Assembly (NCBI GenBank): GCA_034189785.1
Contig: JAXHUG010000025.1
Coordinates: forward strand, 4,447-68,446
From: Actinomycetota bacterium
GTDB taxonomy: Bacteria; Actinomycetota; Actinomycetes; Mycobacteriales; Mycobacteriaceae
Direction: 5' to 3'
Length of the DNA: 64,000 nucleotides
In this document: piece after piece, positions 18,410 to 32,721 of the stretch
Numbering within the stretch: the first letter of the stretch is position 1
Layout of the letters: every line of letters starts with the position of its first letter
The notes under the pieces: model-generated
Told to the model about the DNA's origin: nothing
Databases searched by the model: none
Seen by the model: only the letters and a program-made list of their open reading frames with translations
Made by a program: the position numbers and the translations under genes

Positions 18410-19048
18410 TCAATCAGGCTCGCGCGGATTGTCCGGTTTACGGATCGCGGGGCTCTTCGTCACGTCGATCCGGGGCCTGTTCGTCTGGCTCGGACGCTGC
18501 GTCTGCCGCCACGTCGGCCCGCTGTTGGCCGGTGCCTCCGCCGACGGAGGTGGTGGCGGCGGCGCAGCGGGAGGCGGCGGCGGTGGAACTTCGCTCGTGC
18601 GCGACGGGGCCGGCGCCACCGTCGACGACGGCGTGGGTGCGACCGTCGACTCCTCGTCGCTATCCGCGCCGTCGAGGCCACCGAGGAGCAGCAGCACCGC
18701 GGACACCACGAGCGCGATCAGGGCCAGCGCGACGATCATCAGCGCCGTGACGGCCTGCCGCGTCCGGTACCACGGTGTAGGCGGGGGACGGAACGTCCAG
18801 GTGGTGGAGTTGAACGCATCGAAGCGGTCGTCGGGCAACGGCGCGGTGTACTCGGGTTCAGTGAATTCCGGTTTGGTGTACTCGGGTTCGGTGTACTCCG
18901 GTTCGCCGGCGTACTCCGCGACGGTCGGCTGGTAGACCTCGTCGTAATCCGGTTCCACCGTGGCGCCCTGTTCGGAACGCGCGCCGCCGACATGGGGCGG
19001 TACATCCCAGCGGTAGTCGAAGTCCCCTGGGGCTTCGCGTTCGGCCAC
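18410..19048 (-). CDS. Pro-rich single-pass membrane protein
   Basis: Acidic N-terminus with 5-aa repeats (EPEYT/KPEFT), one TM helix, Pro-rich C-terminus. Confidence 0.65.
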   Translation of the reverse strand: MAEREAPGDFDYRWDVPPHVGGARSEQGATVEPDYDEVYQPTVAEYAGEPEYTEPEYTKPEFTEPEYTAPLPDDRFDAFNSTTWTFRPPPTPWYRTRQAVTALMIVALALIALVVSAVLLLLGGLDGADSDEESTVAPTPSSTVAPAPSRTSEVPPPPPPAAPPPPPPSAEAPANSGPTWRQTQRPSQTNRPRIDVTKSPAIRKPDNPREPD

Positions 19049-19201
19049 GGTCCGATGCTATCCCCGCGACCAGCACGAATGCGCGCGCACGGGCAGCGTT
19101 GTCCTGATCTTGATCAACGTCTCGGATTCGTTCACCACGGTGACCGGGGGCGGTAACCACCGTGTCACCGGGGCGTTTCCTGACCATCGGAAGGTTCGGC
19201 A

Positions 19202-20329
19202 ATGACCACTTCACGGCTGCTGGCAGCCTGCACGTCCGCGCTTCTTCTCACCGGTCTGGTGGCCTGCGCGCCCCCGGAGAAGGAGTCGGGCGGCGGCGAG
19301 ACCGACTCCGGCGTCCAGGTCAGCGAGGCCACCTCGGCGGCCGACTTCGGCGGCATGGACAAGCTTGTCGAGGCGGCCAAGGCCGAAGGCGAACTCAACG
19401 TCATCGCGCTGCCCCCGGACTGGGCCAATTACGGCGCGATCATCGACACGTTCTCGAAGAAGTACGGTATCAAGGTGAACTCCGCACAGCCGGACGCCGC
19501 CAGCCAGGAGGAGATCAACGCCGCCAACCAGCAACGCGGTAGGTCGACGGCCCCCGACGTATTCGACCTCGGCCAGTCCGTGGCGCTGGCCAACACCGGC
19601 ATGTTCGCGCCATACCGGGTCGAGACGTTCGACGACATCCCGGCCGAGTTCAAGGCTCCCGACGGCACCTGGGTCAACGACTACGGCGGCTACATGTCCA
19701 TCGGCTACGACTCCGCAGAGGTGCCGCCCATCACGAACGTCGACGACCTGCTCAAGCCCGAATACCGCGGCAAGGTCGCGCTCAACGGCGACCCGACGCA
19801 GGCCGGCGCCGCTTTCTCCGGCGTGATGATGGTGGCGCTGAGCCAGGGCGGTTCCGCCGACGACATCGCCCCGGGCGTCGAGTTCTTCGGCAAGCTCAAG
19901 GGCGCCGGCAACTTCCTGCCCGTCGACCCGACCCCGGCCACCATCGAATCCGGCCAGACCCCGGTCGTCATCGACTGGGACTACCTCAACGCCGCGGAGG
20001 CCGGGAAGCTGCCGAGCTGGAAGGTCGTCGTGCCGCCCGGACAGGCCGTCGCGGGCTACTACTACCAGGCCATCAACAAGGAGGCCCCGCATCCGGCCGC
20101 CGCGCGCCTGTGGCAGGAGTTCCTCTACAGCGACGAGGGGCAGAACCTCTACCTGGCCGGCGGGGCACGCCCCGTACGGGCCGAACCGATGCAGCAGGCC
20201 GGAAGGATCGACCAGGTGGCGTGGGATGCCCTGCCACCGGTGATCGGTGAGCCCGTCATCGTCTCGGTGGAGCAGAACAAGAAGGCCACCGATTACCTGG
20301 CCGGCAACTGGGCCAGCGCGATCGGCTGA
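19202..20329 (+). CDS. ABC transporter substrate-binding lipoprotein (PotD/AfuA-like family)
   Basis: Lipobox LVAC; EGELNVIALPPDWANY; HPAAARLWQEFLYSDEGQ. Confidence 0.88.
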   Translation: MTTSRLLAACTSALLLTGLVACAPPEKESGGGETDSGVQVSEATSAADFGGMDKLVEAAKAEGELNVIALPPDWANYGAIIDTFSKKYGIKVNSAQPDAASQEEINAANQQRGRSTAPDVFDLGQSVALANTGMFAPYRVETFDDIPAEFKAPDGTWVNDYGGYMSIGYDSAEVPPITNVDDLLKPEYRGKVALNGDPTQAGAAFSGVMMVALSQGGSADDIAPGVEFFGKLKGAGNFLPVDPTPATIESGQTPVVIDWDYLNAAEAGKLPSWKVVVPPGQAVAGYYYQAINKEAPHPAAARLWQEFLYSDEGQNLYLAGGARPVRAEPMQQAGRIDQVAWDALPPVIGEPVIVSVEQNKKATDYLAGNWASAIG

Positions 20330-20337
20330 CGGGCACC

Positions 20338-21189
20338 GTGAGCACCCTGGGCCGACGGCTGCGCGACGGGGTGCCGCTGCTGCCGTTCTTCGCCGTCCTG
20401 ACGATCTTCCTGCTGATCCCGACGGTGACGGTGGTGGTGAACGCCTTCGTCGCCGACGGCACCTTCTCGCTGGACCGCATCGAGGCGTTGTTCTCCGCGA
20501 CCGCACTGTCGGCGTTGTGGAAGAGCGTGCTGCTCTCCAGCAGCACCGCGCTGATCGGAGCGATCCTCGGCGCGCTGCTGTCCTGGCTGATCGTGAGCAG
20601 CCCGCCGGAGTCGATGGTGCGCCGCGCGGTGCTCGCGCTGTGCAGCGTCCTCGCCCAATTCGGCGGTGTCGCACTAGCATTCGCGTTCCTGGCGACCGTC
20701 GGCCTCAACGGAGTGCTGACGCTGTGGATCCAGCAGGCGCTGGGCTGGAACCTGGCCGGATCGGGCTGGCTCTACAGCCTGTCCGGGCTGATCCTGGTCT
20801 ACACCTACTTCCAGATCCCGCTGATGGTCATCGTTTTCATCCCCGCGCTGGAGGGGCTTCGTGAACAGTGGCGCGAGGCGGCAATAAACCTGGGCGCCTC
20901 GACCTGGCAGTACTGGCGGGAGGTCGGCTTCCCGCTGCTTACACCGGCGTTTCTCGGATCGCTTCTGCTACTGTTCGCCAACGCCTTCGCCGCGTACGCG
21001 ACGGCCGCGGCGCTGGTCAGCCAGGGCAGCCCGATCGTGCCATTGCTGATCCGCTCCGCGCTGACCAGTGAGGTGGTGCTCGGCCAGTCCGGCTTCGCCT
21101 ACGCGCTCGCGTTGGAGATGATTGTCGTGGTGGCCGTGGTGATGGTCGCCCACAACGCGCTGGTGCGCCGCACTGCGCGGTGGCTCTAG
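20338..21189 (+). CDS. ABC transporter permease
   Basis: TM helices and EAA motif REAAINLGAS. Confidence 0.9.
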   Translation: MSTLGRRLRDGVPLLPFFAVLTIFLLIPTVTVVVNAFVADGTFSLDRIEALFSATALSALWKSVLLSSSTALIGAILGALLSWLIVSSPPESMVRRAVLALCSVLAQFGGVALAFAFLATVGLNGVLTLWIQQALGWNLAGSGWLYSLSGLILVYTYFQIPLMVIVFIPALEGLREQWREAAINLGASTWQYWREVGFPLLTPAFLGSLLLLFANAFAAYATAAALVSQGSPIVPLLIRSALTSEVVLGQSGFAYALALEMIVVVAVVMVAHNALVRRTARWL

Positions 21190-21202
21190 TTAAAAGGCTC
21201 TA

Positions 21203-21979
21203 GTGAAAAGGGTTGTGCGCCTGGTGCTGTGGGTGGTGTTCGCGCTGTTCTTCCTGTTCCCGCTCTACGCGATGGCCGACTTCTCGACCCGCGACCTCAT
21301 CAACGGCGGTCGCACCCTGCAGGCGTGGCAGAACCTCGTCGCCGACCAGGCGCTCTACCAGGCCATCATCATCTCGCTGCTGCTCGCCGTGTTCACGGTG
21401 ATCGCGATGCTCGCCGTGCTGGTGCCGACGATGATCTGGGTGCGGCTGCGGGCACCGTGGGCGCGGCGGCCCGTCGAATTCCTGTGCCTGCTGCCGCTGA
21501 CGATCCCCGCACTGGTGATCGTCGTCGGGTTGAAGAACGTCTACCTGTGGGTGACGTACTTCGTCGGGGAGTCCGCTCTCACACTGACATTCGTCTACGT
21601 CGTGCTGGTGCTGCCGTTCGCCTACCGCTCGATCGACGCGGCGCTGTCCGCCATCGACCTGCAGACGCTCTCGGAGGCGGCCCGTTCGGTCGGCGCCGGG
21701 TGGACCGCGACGGTCCTGCGGGTGGTGGTGCCCAACATCTGGTCGGGCATCTTGTCGGCGGCGTTCATCTCGATCGCCGTCGTCCTCGGCGAGTACACCA
21801 TCGCGTCACTGAGCGGCTTCCAGACGCTGCAGGTGCAGATCGTCGCGCTCGGCAAGACCGACGGACCGACCTCGGTCGCGGCGTCGCTGGCCGTTCTGCT
21901 GTTCGGATTCGCACTGCTGCTGGTGCTTTCGCTCGTCACCCGTGGCCACCGTCGCCCCACCACGCCAGGGGCCGCATGA
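21203..21979 (+). CDS. ABC transporter permease
   Basis: TM helices and EAA motif SEAARSVGAG. Confidence 0.9.
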   Translation: MKRVVRLVLWVVFALFFLFPLYAMADFSTRDLINGGRTLQAWQNLVADQALYQAIIISLLLAVFTVIAMLAVLVPTMIWVRLRAPWARRPVEFLCLLPLTIPALVIVVGLKNVYLWVTYFVGESALTLTFVYVVLVLPFAYRSIDAALSAIDLQTLSEAARSVGAGWTATVLRVVVPNIWSGILSAAFISIAVVLGEYTIASLSGFQTLQVQIVALGKTDGPTSVAASLAVLLFGFALLLVLSLVTRGHRRPTTPGAA

Positions 21980-23016
21980 CCGCCGGAGTCGCCGTCGAAC
22001 TCAACGACCTGACGCGGGTCTACGGAACAGTCCATGCGCTCGACGGGCTGACGCTGCACATGCAACCGGGTGAACTGGTCGCGCTGCTCGGCCCTTCGGG
22101 GTGCGGGAAGACCACCGCTCTGCGCATTCTCGCCGGCCTCGACGAGGCCACATCGGGTTCGGTGTCGGTCGACGGCCGCGACGTCAGCCGGGTGCCCGCC
22201 AACAAACGCGATATGGGCATGGTGTTCCAGGCCTACAGCCTCTTCCCCCACCTGACCGTGCTCGACAACGTTGCGTTCGGTCTCAAGATGCGCGGAAAAG
22301 CCAAGGCGGACCGGCTGTCTCGCGCCGCCGACATACTCGACCTGGTCGGGCTGTCGGCGCACAAGCACAAGTACGCCAACGAATTGTCCGGCGGTCAGCA
22401 GCAGCGGGTCGCGCTGGCGCGCGCGCTGGCCGTACAGCCGCGGGTACTGCTGCTCGACGAACCGCTGTCCGCGCTGGACGCGAAGGTCCGCGCACAGTTG
22501 CGCGACGAGATCCGGCGCGTTCAGCTCGACGTGGGGACGACGACGCTGTTCGTCACCCACGACCAGGAGGAGGCGCTGGCGGTCGCCGACCGGGTCGGTG
22601 TGATGAACCAGGGCCGCCTCGAACAGCTCGCCGTGCCCGCCGACCTGTACGCGCATCCCGCGACGCCGTTCGTCGCGCAGTTCGTCGGGCTCAGCAACGA
22701 GGTGCCGGCAACGGTGAGCGCGGGACGCGCGCGGCTGCTCGGCACCGACGTGCCCGTGCTGGACGGATCGGTCACCGGCGGCGACGGGGTGGCGCTGGTG
22801 CGACCCGAATCGGTCACCGTCACCACCGACGGCACCCCGAACGCGACGGTCAGTTCGGTGGCGTTCCTCGGGTCGATCTCACAGGTGTACTGCACCCTGT
22901 CCGACGGAACCGTGCTGTCCGCCCAGCTGCCCAGCTCGCAGGCGACGAGATTCACCAGCGGTGACGCCGTCACTGTGGGTGTCGAACCCACCGCGGTGCT
23001 CGTCAGACCGCTTTGA
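21976..23016 (+). CDS. ABC transporter ATP-binding protein (PotA-like, C-terminal TOBE)
   Basis: Walker A GPSGCGKT, signature LSGGQQQR, Walker B LLLDEP, H-loop VTHD. Confidence 0.93.
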   Translation: MTAGVAVELNDLTRVYGTVHALDGLTLHMQPGELVALLGPSGCGKTTALRILAGLDEATSGSVSVDGRDVSRVPANKRDMGMVFQAYSLFPHLTVLDNVAFGLKMRGKAKADRLSRAADILDLVGLSAHKHKYANELSGGQQQRVALARALAVQPRVLLLDEPLSALDAKVRAQLRDEIRRVQLDVGTTTLFVTHDQEEALAVADRVGVMNQGRLEQLAVPADLYAHPATPFVAQFVGLSNEVPATVSAGRARLLGTDVPVLDGSVTGGDGVALVRPESVTVTTDGTPNATVSSVAFLGSISQVYCTLSDGTVLSAQLPSSQATRFTSGDAVTVGVEPTAVLVRPL

Positions 23017-23581
23017 TCGGTTCGATCCCCAGATCGCGGTAGGTCACCAGGGCGGCGAACGGCACGCCCCGTTCGGCGAACAGCGTCGCCGCGACGTCAC
23101 CGCGGTCGACCATCGGGATCACCCCGGTCACCACCGCGCCGGCCGCGATCACCCGGTCGAACGCCAGCGCCGTCGACCCGCCGGTACTGATCACGTCGTC
23201 GACGAGCAGCACCCGCATCCCGGGTTCGATACGCGTGCCCTCGATCCACTGTTCGCGGCCACGCTGCTTCTGCTCCTTGCGCACCGAGAACCAGGCTGCA
23301 CCGGTGACCATCGCGACGCCGTGGGCGAGCGGGTCGGCGCCCATCGTCAGACCGCCGACGGCGTCGAACTCGATACCGGTGCGCGCGGCGAGATCCGCGA
23401 CCGCGCGGCTCACGATCTTCAGCCGCTCACCGTTGTCGACGGCGTACTTCCCGTCGATGTAGTCGTGGCTGAGTTGTCCGCTGGCGAGGCGGAACGGCTT
23501 TTCACGGTGTTCGTATCCGCGTGTGCGGATCAACTCGAATGCCGCATGCCACGATTCCGGACGGTCGCTCTGCGCAGACAT
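23003..23581 (-). CDS. pyrE: Orotate phosphoribosyltransferase-like type I PRTase
   Basis: FRLASG..S..YID, GGLTMGADPL, VRKEQKQRG, PRPP motif LLVDDVISTGGS. Confidence 0.85.
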   Translation of the reverse strand: MSAQSDRPESWHAAFELIRTRGYEHREKPFRLASGQLSHDYIDGKYAVDNGERLKIVSRAVADLAARTGIEFDAVGGLTMGADPLAHGVAMVTGAAWFSVRKEQKQRGREQWIEGTRIEPGMRVLLVDDVISTGGSTALAFDRVIAAGAVVTGVIPMVDRGDVAATLFAERGVPFAALVTYRDLGIEPIKAV

Positions 23582-23605
23582 ACCGCAGATCGTATGGGAC
23601 ACCGG

Positions 23606-24406
23606 TCAGCCCTGACGGGCCCGCCGCGCCAACTCCACGGCGGCAGGCCGCAGTTCAGCGGGCGAACCGAGCGGCGCGGCATATCCCATCCGGGTGTAGG
23701 CGATCCCCCGTCCGGTCTCGAGCCGGAGGTCCAGGCCGTAGCGATCCGCCCCGGTGCACATCGCGGTGGTGGCGTCCGGATAGCCGCCGAGCACGCGCGC
23801 CATCGCCAGCAGCGATTCGGCGTGGTCGGCGTTGAGATGCGCGACCGCGCCGGAGGCATGCGGCGCCACCGGATCAGGTTCGGCGGCCGCATAGTCCGCA
23901 CCGCTGCACGAATCCATCCGGCCGTAACCGCCGACCCACCGGACCCGGTGCACCCGCAGCACCCACACGGTGAAATCGCTGTAGTCGATGTAGTACTTCG
24001 CCGCCGACACCGCGGCCAGGTGCGCATCGCGCGCCGCGCCGGCCTCCGCACCGTCGGGGCGCTCGACCACCCCGGCCAGCGTCACCCGCCCGCTGGCCAG
24101 CGGATCGGATCCCGACGCCGGCGCGACGATGGCGAGGCTCGCCCGCGGATCAGCGGCCAGATTGCGGCCGTGCTCGGCGAGGTTCGACACGCACAGCACC
24201 GGGGCGCCGTCGAGTAGACCGTAGGTGACAAACGACGCCCACGGATCCCCGTCGGCGGTCAGCGTGGCCAGCGTACCGGTATTCGTGGAGGCCGCGATGG
24301 TGCGGGCCTCCTCGGCGGCCGACGGTCGCACAGCCTCGGCGGCAGGACGCAGCGGCGGAGGCACCGACGGCGCGTCGCCGGGGTCGCCGTGATCACGGTT
24401 GGCCAC
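23606..24406 (-). CDS. HugZ/PNPOx-like split-barrel protein with C-terminal DUF2470
   Basis: GTLATL..DGDPWASFV..SNLAEHGRNL..DPRASL, and VAHLNADHAESL..GADRYGLDL. Confidence 0.85.
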   Translation of the reverse strand: MANRDHGDPGDAPSVPPPLRPAAEAVRPSAAEEARTIAASTNTGTLATLTADGDPWASFVTYGLLDGAPVLCVSNLAEHGRNLAADPRASLAIVAPASGSDPLASGRVTLAGVVERPDGAEAGAARDAHLAAVSAAKYYIDYSDFTVWVLRVHRVRWVGGYGRMDSCSGADYAAAEPDPVAPHASGAVAHLNADHAESLLAMARVLGGYPDATTAMCTGADRYGLDLRLETGRGIAYTRMGYAAPLGSPAELRPAAVELARRARQG

Positions 24407-24458
24407 TCCGGCACCATACCGCTGCGCTACGGTCGCACGGCGGCCCGTACTGGGCCAC

Positions 24459-24483
24459 GATTCAGGTGTCCCCATGATGGGTA
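24459..24483 (+). promoter_or_regulatory. SigF-type promoter of treS-mak
   Basis: GATT-N16-GGGTA ending 13 nt upstream of the treS ATG. Confidence 0.6.
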
Positions 24484-24496
24484 GGACTGGATATCG

Positions 24497-26287
24497 ATGG
24501 ACCACAGCAGCGGCTCACCCGCCCACCCCGATCACGATCCTGCGGAGGGCAGCCATGTCGAGGACGGAGTGGTAGAACATCCGACCGCCGGGGACTTCGG
24601 CCACGCGCGGATGGTCCCCGAGGACCGGACCTGGTTCAAGCGGGCGGTGTTCTACGAGGTGCTCGTGCGGGCATTCCACGACTCGGACGCCGACGGTTCC
24701 GGTGACCTGCGCGGATTGACCGAACGCCTGGACTACCTGCAGTGGCTCGGCGTGGACTGTCTGTGGCTGCCGCCGTTCTACGATTCACCGCTGCGCGACG
24801 GCGGATACGACATCCGCGACTTCTACAAGGTCCTGCCCGAATTCGGCACCGTCGAGGACTTCGTCACGCTGCTCGACGCCGCCCACCGCCGCGGCATCCG
24901 GGTGATCACCGACCTGGTGATGAACCACACCTCGGATTCCCACCCCTGGTTCCAGGAGTCGCGCCGCGACCCCGACGGACCCTACGGCGACTTCTACGTC
25001 TGGAGCGAGACCAGCGACAGGTACGCCGACGCGCGGATCATCTTCGTCGACACCGAGGAGTCCAACTGGACGTTTGACGCAGTGCGCAAGCAGTTCTATT
25101 GGCACCGCTTCTTCTCCCACCAGCCGGATCTGAACTACGACAACCCGGCCGTGCAGGCGGCGATGCTCGACGTGCTGCGCTTCTGGCTCGACCTCGGAAT
25201 TGACGGGTTCCGGCTCGACGCCGTGCCGTACCTGTTCGAACGCGAGGGCACCAACTGCGAGAACCTGCCGGAGACCCATGCGTTCCTGCGGCACTGCCGC
25301 AAGGTGATCGACGACGAATACCCGGGCCGGGTGCTGCTCGCCGAGGCCAACCAGTGGCCGGCCGACGTGGTCGCGTACTTCGGCGACCTGGACACCGGCG
25401 GCGACGAATGCCATATGGCGTTCCACTTCCCGCTGATGCCAAGGATTTTCATGGCCGTCCGACGCGAGTCGCGGTTCCCGGTCTCCGAGATCCTCGCGCA
25501 GACACCGGAGATCCCGGACATGGCACAGTGGGGGATCTTCCTGCGTAACCATGACGAGTTGACACTCGAGATGGTCACCGACGAAGAGCGTGACTACATG
25601 TACGCCGAATACGCCAAAGACCCCCGGATGAAAGCCAATGTCGGTATCCGGCGGCGCCTGGCCCCGCTGCTGGAGAACGACCGCAACCAGATCGAGTTGT
25701 TCACCGCGCTGCTGTTGTCGCTCCCCGGGTCGCCGGTGCTGTACTACGGTGACGAGATCGGCATGGGCGACATCATCTGGCTCGGTGACCGCGACGGTGT
25801 CCGCACCCCGATGCAGTGGACACCGGACCGCAACGCCGGTTTCTCGAAGGCCACCCCCGGCCGCCTGTATCTACCGCCCAACCAGGATGCCATCTACGGT
25901 TACCAGGCGGTGAATGTCGAAGCGCAGCGGGACAGTTCGAACTCGCTGCTGAACTGGACGAGGACCATGCTCGCCGTGCGTAGACGCCACGACGCGTTCG
26001 CGATCGGCACGTTCCGTGAACTCGGCGGGTCCAACCCGTCGGTGCTCGCGTTCGTGCGTGAGGCGGCCACCGACACCGTGCTCTGCGTCAACAACCTGTC
26101 CCGCTTCCCGCAGCCCATCGAGCTGAATCTGCAGCAGTGGAACGGTTTCACGCCGGTCGAGATGACCGGCTACGTCGACTTCCCGAGTATCGGGGCGCTG
26201 CCCTACCTGCTGACCCTGCCCGGCCACGGGTTCTACTGGTTCCAGCTTCGCGCCCCCCACCCCGAACCCGAAGGAGTGCAGCCATGA
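24497..26287 (+). CDS. treS: Trehalose synthase (maltose alpha-D-glucosyltransferase)
   Basis: [40 protein letters not shown] (GH13 TreS motifs). Confidence 0.97.
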   Translation: MDHSSGSPAHPDHDPAEGSHVEDGVVEHPTAGDFGHARMVPEDRTWFKRAVFYEVLVRAFHDSDADGSGDLRGLTERLDYLQWLGVDCLWLPPFYDSPLRDGGYDIRDFYKVLPEFGTVEDFVTLLDAAHRRGIRVITDLVMNHTSDSHPWFQESRRDPDGPYGDFYVWSETSDRYADARIIFVDTEESNWTFDAVRKQFYWHRFFSHQPDLNYDNPAVQAAMLDVLRFWLDLGIDGFRLDAVPYLFEREGTNCENLPETHAFLRHCRKVIDDEYPGRVLLAEANQWPADVVAYFGDLDTGGDECHMAFHFPLMPRIFMAVRRESRFPVSEILAQTPEIPDMAQWGIFLRNHDELTLEMVTDEERDYMYAEYAKDPRMKANVGIRRRLAPLLENDRNQIELFTALLLSLPGSPVLYYGDEIGMGDIIWLGDRDGVRTPMQWTPDRNAGFSKATPGRLYLPPNQDAIYGYQAVNVEAQRDSSNSLLNWTRTMLAVRRRHDAFAIGTFRELGGSNPSVLAFVREAATDTVLCVNNLSRFPQPIELNLQQWNGFTPVEMTGYVDFPSIGALPYLLTLPGHGFYWFQLRAPHPEPEGVQP

Positions 26288-27618
26288 ACCTACCCTTCGA
26301 CGACTGGCTCCCGCAGCAGCGGTGGTACGCCGGACGTGGTCGTGAATTCTCCTCCGCCACGCCGGATGTGGTGGTGCCCTTGCGCGACGACATCGACCTG
26401 GTGCTGCTCACGGTGGGCTACGCCGACGGCGGGCCGGAGCACTACCAGATCCTTGTGCGCTGGGATGCGGCCCCGATCGACGAGTACAGCGCGGTCGCGC
26501 GGATCGGCACCGACACCGAACACGGCGAACGTACCGGCTACGACGCGCTCTACGATCCCGCGGCGGCGCATTTCCTGATGACGCTGATCGACTCCTCGGC
26601 GCAGGTCGGCGACGTCCGGTTCGTGAAGGAACCGGAGGTGACCCTGCCGCTGCAGGCGGCGCCTCGGGTGTCCAGTGCCGAGCAGAGCAACACCAGCGTC
26701 ATCTTCGACCAGGACGCGATCCTCAAGGTGTTCCGGCGCATCACCCCCGGGATCAATCCCGACATCGAACTGAACCGGGTCCTCGCCCGCGCCGGCAACC
26801 CGCACGTCGCGCGGCTGCTCGGCTCGTTCGAGACGACGCTCGACGGGGAGCCCTACGCGCTGGGCATGGTCACCGAATTCGCCGCGAACTCCGCGGAGGG
26901 CTGGGATATGGCCCTAACCAGCACCCGTGACCTGTTCGCCGAGGGTGACCTGTACGCCGACGAGGTGGGCGGCGACTTCGCGGGGGAGTCGCACCGGCTC
27001 GGCGAGGCGGTCGCGTCGGTGCACTTGACGCTCGCGGCCGAACTCGGCACCTCGGAGGTGCCGTTCCCGCTCGAGACCGTGCTGGAGAGACTGCGGTCGG
27101 TGGCAGATGCGGTGCCCGAACTGCAGCCGCACGCCCTGTCGATCGAGGAGCGCTACCGCAAACTTGCCGACCAGGAGATCGCCGTCCACCGGGTGCACGG
27201 CGACCTGCACCTCGGGCAGGTGCTGCGCACCACGGAGGGGTGGCTGCTGATCGACTTCGAGGGCGAACCGGGGCAACCGCTCGACGAACGCCGCCGACCA
27301 GACTCCCCGATGCGCGACGTCGCCGGCATGCTGCGGTCCTACGAATACGCCGCCTACCAGCGGCTCGTCGAACGCGGCGGCGACGCCCAGCACGACAAAC
27401 AGCTCGCCGCCAGGGCCCGGGAGTGGGTGGACCGCAACGTCAGCTCGTTCTGCGACGGGTACGCCGCCGCCGCCGGCACCGATCCGCGTGACCATGCCGA
27501 GCTGCTGGCCGCCTACGAACTCGACAAGGCGGTCTACGAGGTCGGCTACGAGGCGCGGTACCGGCCGAGCTGGCTGCCGATCCCGATGAAGTCCATCCTG
27601 CGCATCGTCGGGGCCTGA
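26284..27618 (+). CDS. mak: Maltokinase
   Basis: [41 protein letters not shown]; translationally coupled to treS. Confidence 0.95.
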   Translation: MNLPFDDWLPQQRWYAGRGREFSSATPDVVVPLRDDIDLVLLTVGYADGGPEHYQILVRWDAAPIDEYSAVARIGTDTEHGERTGYDALYDPAAAHFLMTLIDSSAQVGDVRFVKEPEVTLPLQAAPRVSSAEQSNTSVIFDQDAILKVFRRITPGINPDIELNRVLARAGNPHVARLLGSFETTLDGEPYALGMVTEFAANSAEGWDMALTSTRDLFAEGDLYADEVGGDFAGESHRLGEAVASVHLTLAAELGTSEVPFPLETVLERLRSVADAVPELQPHALSIEERYRKLADQEIAVHRVHGDLHLGQVLRTTEGWLLIDFEGEPGQPLDERRRPDSPMRDVAGMLRSYEYAAYQRLVERGGDAQHDKQLAARAREWVDRNVSSFCDGYAAAAGTDPRDHAELLAAYELDKAVYEVGYEARYRPSWLPIPMKSILRIVGA

Positions 27619-28725
27619 CTAGACGGTGACGACCTCGTAGTCGCCCAGGCCGCCCATGAGTGCGTGCAGCTGATCCTGTGCCGACCCCAGCGTGTTCTCG
27701 ATCGCGGTGAGCCGTGCGGCGTAGTGGCCGACCGGATACTCCGCGGTCACACCGATACCGCCGTGCAGCTGGATCGCCTCCTGGGCGATATGCCGGCCGG
27801 AGCGGCCGATCTGCAGCTTGGCGCGCGCGGCGATCGCCGGGTCGAAGTTGCCGTCGGAGATCGACATCGCCGCGTAGAAGCTCATGCTGCGGGCCAGTTC
27901 CAGAGACACGTACATGTCCGCCGCGCGCTGCGTCAGCGTCTGAAACTTGCTCAGCGTGACCCCGAACTGCTTGCGGTTCTTGAGGTAATCGGTGGTCAGC
28001 CGCAGCGCCTCCTCCATCGCGCCGAGCGCCTCGGCGCACAGCGCCGACTGCAGCCGGACCAGGGCGCGGGAGATCGCGTCGGTGGCGTCCCCGCCGGCGC
28101 CGAGCGGTGTGGCGGCCACCCCGTCGAGGTCGATCTCGGCACCGCGGTGACCGTCGAAGGTGCGGTAGGGCTTACGCGAGACCGCATCGCCCTCGACGAG
28201 GAACAGGCCAGCCCCGCCGTCGGGCAGGGCGGCGCTGACGATCAGCGTGTCGGCGCTGTCACCGGCGATCACCGGGTTCTTGCGGCCGGTGAGCGTCCAC
28301 GAATCCCCTTGCTGGGCGGCAGTTGTCGAGAGCTTCGCGCCGGCCCCGCGCATGCCGGGTTCGGTGTGGGCGAACGCGAGCAGACGCCGGCCGGCAGCCA
28401 CCTCGTCGAGCACCTGCTTCTGCTCGTCGCTGCCGACCTCGGCGATCAGGGCGCCGGGGCCGAGCGCGGCGGAGAGCACCGGCTCGGGCGCGAGCCGGCG
28501 ACCGATCTCGGTGGCGACCACCATGATCTCGAGCTGTCCGCCGGCGTCCTCCTCGAAGCCGAGGCCCAGGATGCCGATCTCGGCCAGCTGATTCCACACC
28601 TCGCGGCTCCAGCCGAGCTCGGATTCGACGACCTTGAGCCGGGTCTCGATGTCATAGGTGCGTGAGAGCACCTCGCGGCTGGTGTCGCGGAGCAGTTCCT
28701 GCTCGTCGGTGAAGTCGAAATCCAT
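27619..28725 (-). CDS. Acyl-CoA dehydrogenase family protein (non-catalytic-type partner subunit likely)
   Basis: MDFDFTDEQELLR, RKQFGVTLSKFQ, AIQLHGGIGVTAEY. Confidence 0.9.
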   Translation of the reverse strand: MDFDFTDEQELLRDTSREVLSRTYDIETRLKVVESELGWSREVWNQLAEIGILGLGFEEDAGGQLEIMVVATEIGRRLAPEPVLSAALGPGALIAEVGSDEQKQVLDEVAAGRRLLAFAHTEPGMRGAGAKLSTTAAQQGDSWTLTGRKNPVIAGDSADTLIVSAALPDGGAGLFLVEGDAVSRKPYRTFDGHRGAEIDLDGVAATPLGAGGDATDAISRALVRLQSALCAEALGAMEEALRLTTDYLKNRKQFGVTLSKFQTLTQRAADMYVSLELARSMSFYAAMSISDGNFDPAIAARAKLQIGRSGRHIAQEAIQLHGGIGVTAEYPVGHYAARLTAIENTLGSAQDQLHALMGGLGDYEVVTV

Positions 28726-28732
28726 GACTACC

Positions 28733-29893
<1,161 letters not shown>

Positions 29894-30055
29894 GTTGGAC
29901 TCCCTGATCGGTGACTGAGGGCCTGAATTCACCCTAACTCACCGGTTGGTCGGGCCGGCTACTGGTCAGGAGTGAATGCCGGTCAGCGACGTTGGGCTCG
30001 GTCGTTGTCGACGTCGGCGATGGCGCGCAAGCGCTCGTAGCGGCCGTCGCGTCGG

Positions 30056-30080
30056 GTTTAACGCCCAGCAGGGCCGGGCA
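30056..30080 (+). promoter_or_regulatory. SigF-type promoter
   Basis: GTTT-N16-GGGCA ending 11 nt upstream of the ATG at 30092. Confidence 0.6.
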
Positions 30081-30091
30081 ACCGACCCGAC

Positions 30092-30418
30092 ATGAGCGAC
30101 AACATCGACTTCGAGTCCGCCAACGACGCGGACGGTACCGGCGACACCCTGCGGCCGACCGAGGCGCTGGACCCCGACGACATTCGCAACGACGACGGCG
30201 ACAACGTCGTCGACCCGCCCGAGGACTGGAGCGAGGCGAACCGGTCCGACCAGTTGCCGCGCGGCGAGGTGGGTGGCGGGGAGTCGCTCGACGACAAGCT
30301 CGCCGCCGAGGTGCCCGACGGAGCGGCCGGTGCCGAAGTGGACCATCACGGTACCGATGCCGGTCGGGTCAGCGGCACCCCAGACGACAGCGACTCGTTC
30401 TTCACCGTCGTGGAGTGA
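30092..30418 (+). CDS. Highly acidic hypothetical protein (DUF5709-like)
   Basis: 108 aa, D/E-rich, with motif GESLDDKLAAEVPD. The family assignment is tentative. Confidence 0.7.
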   Translation: MSDNIDFESANDADGTGDTLRPTEALDPDDIRNDDGDNVVDPPEDWSEANRSDQLPRGEVGGGESLDDKLAAEVPDGAAGAEVDHHGTDAGRVSGTPDDSDSFFTVVE

Positions 30419-30424
30419 TCCGCG

Positions 30425-32569
<2,145 letters not shown>

Positions 32570-32721
32570 CGTGCACGCTCCTGAGCTTCGGGTATGGACG
32601 AGGGAGACGATACGGGCGACTGGGGCGCGGGCAGCACGGCCGGAGCCCGTAGCGGCGTCACGGAGCTATACCCACTTCGCGTTTTCTCAACGGTGCGCCC
32701 GGTCACATGGCCGCGGCCGCC

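Noticed and set aside
18846-18915. 15-bp quasi-repeats
   Set aside because: They encode the EPEYT peptide repeats of the membrane protein and are not a separate element.
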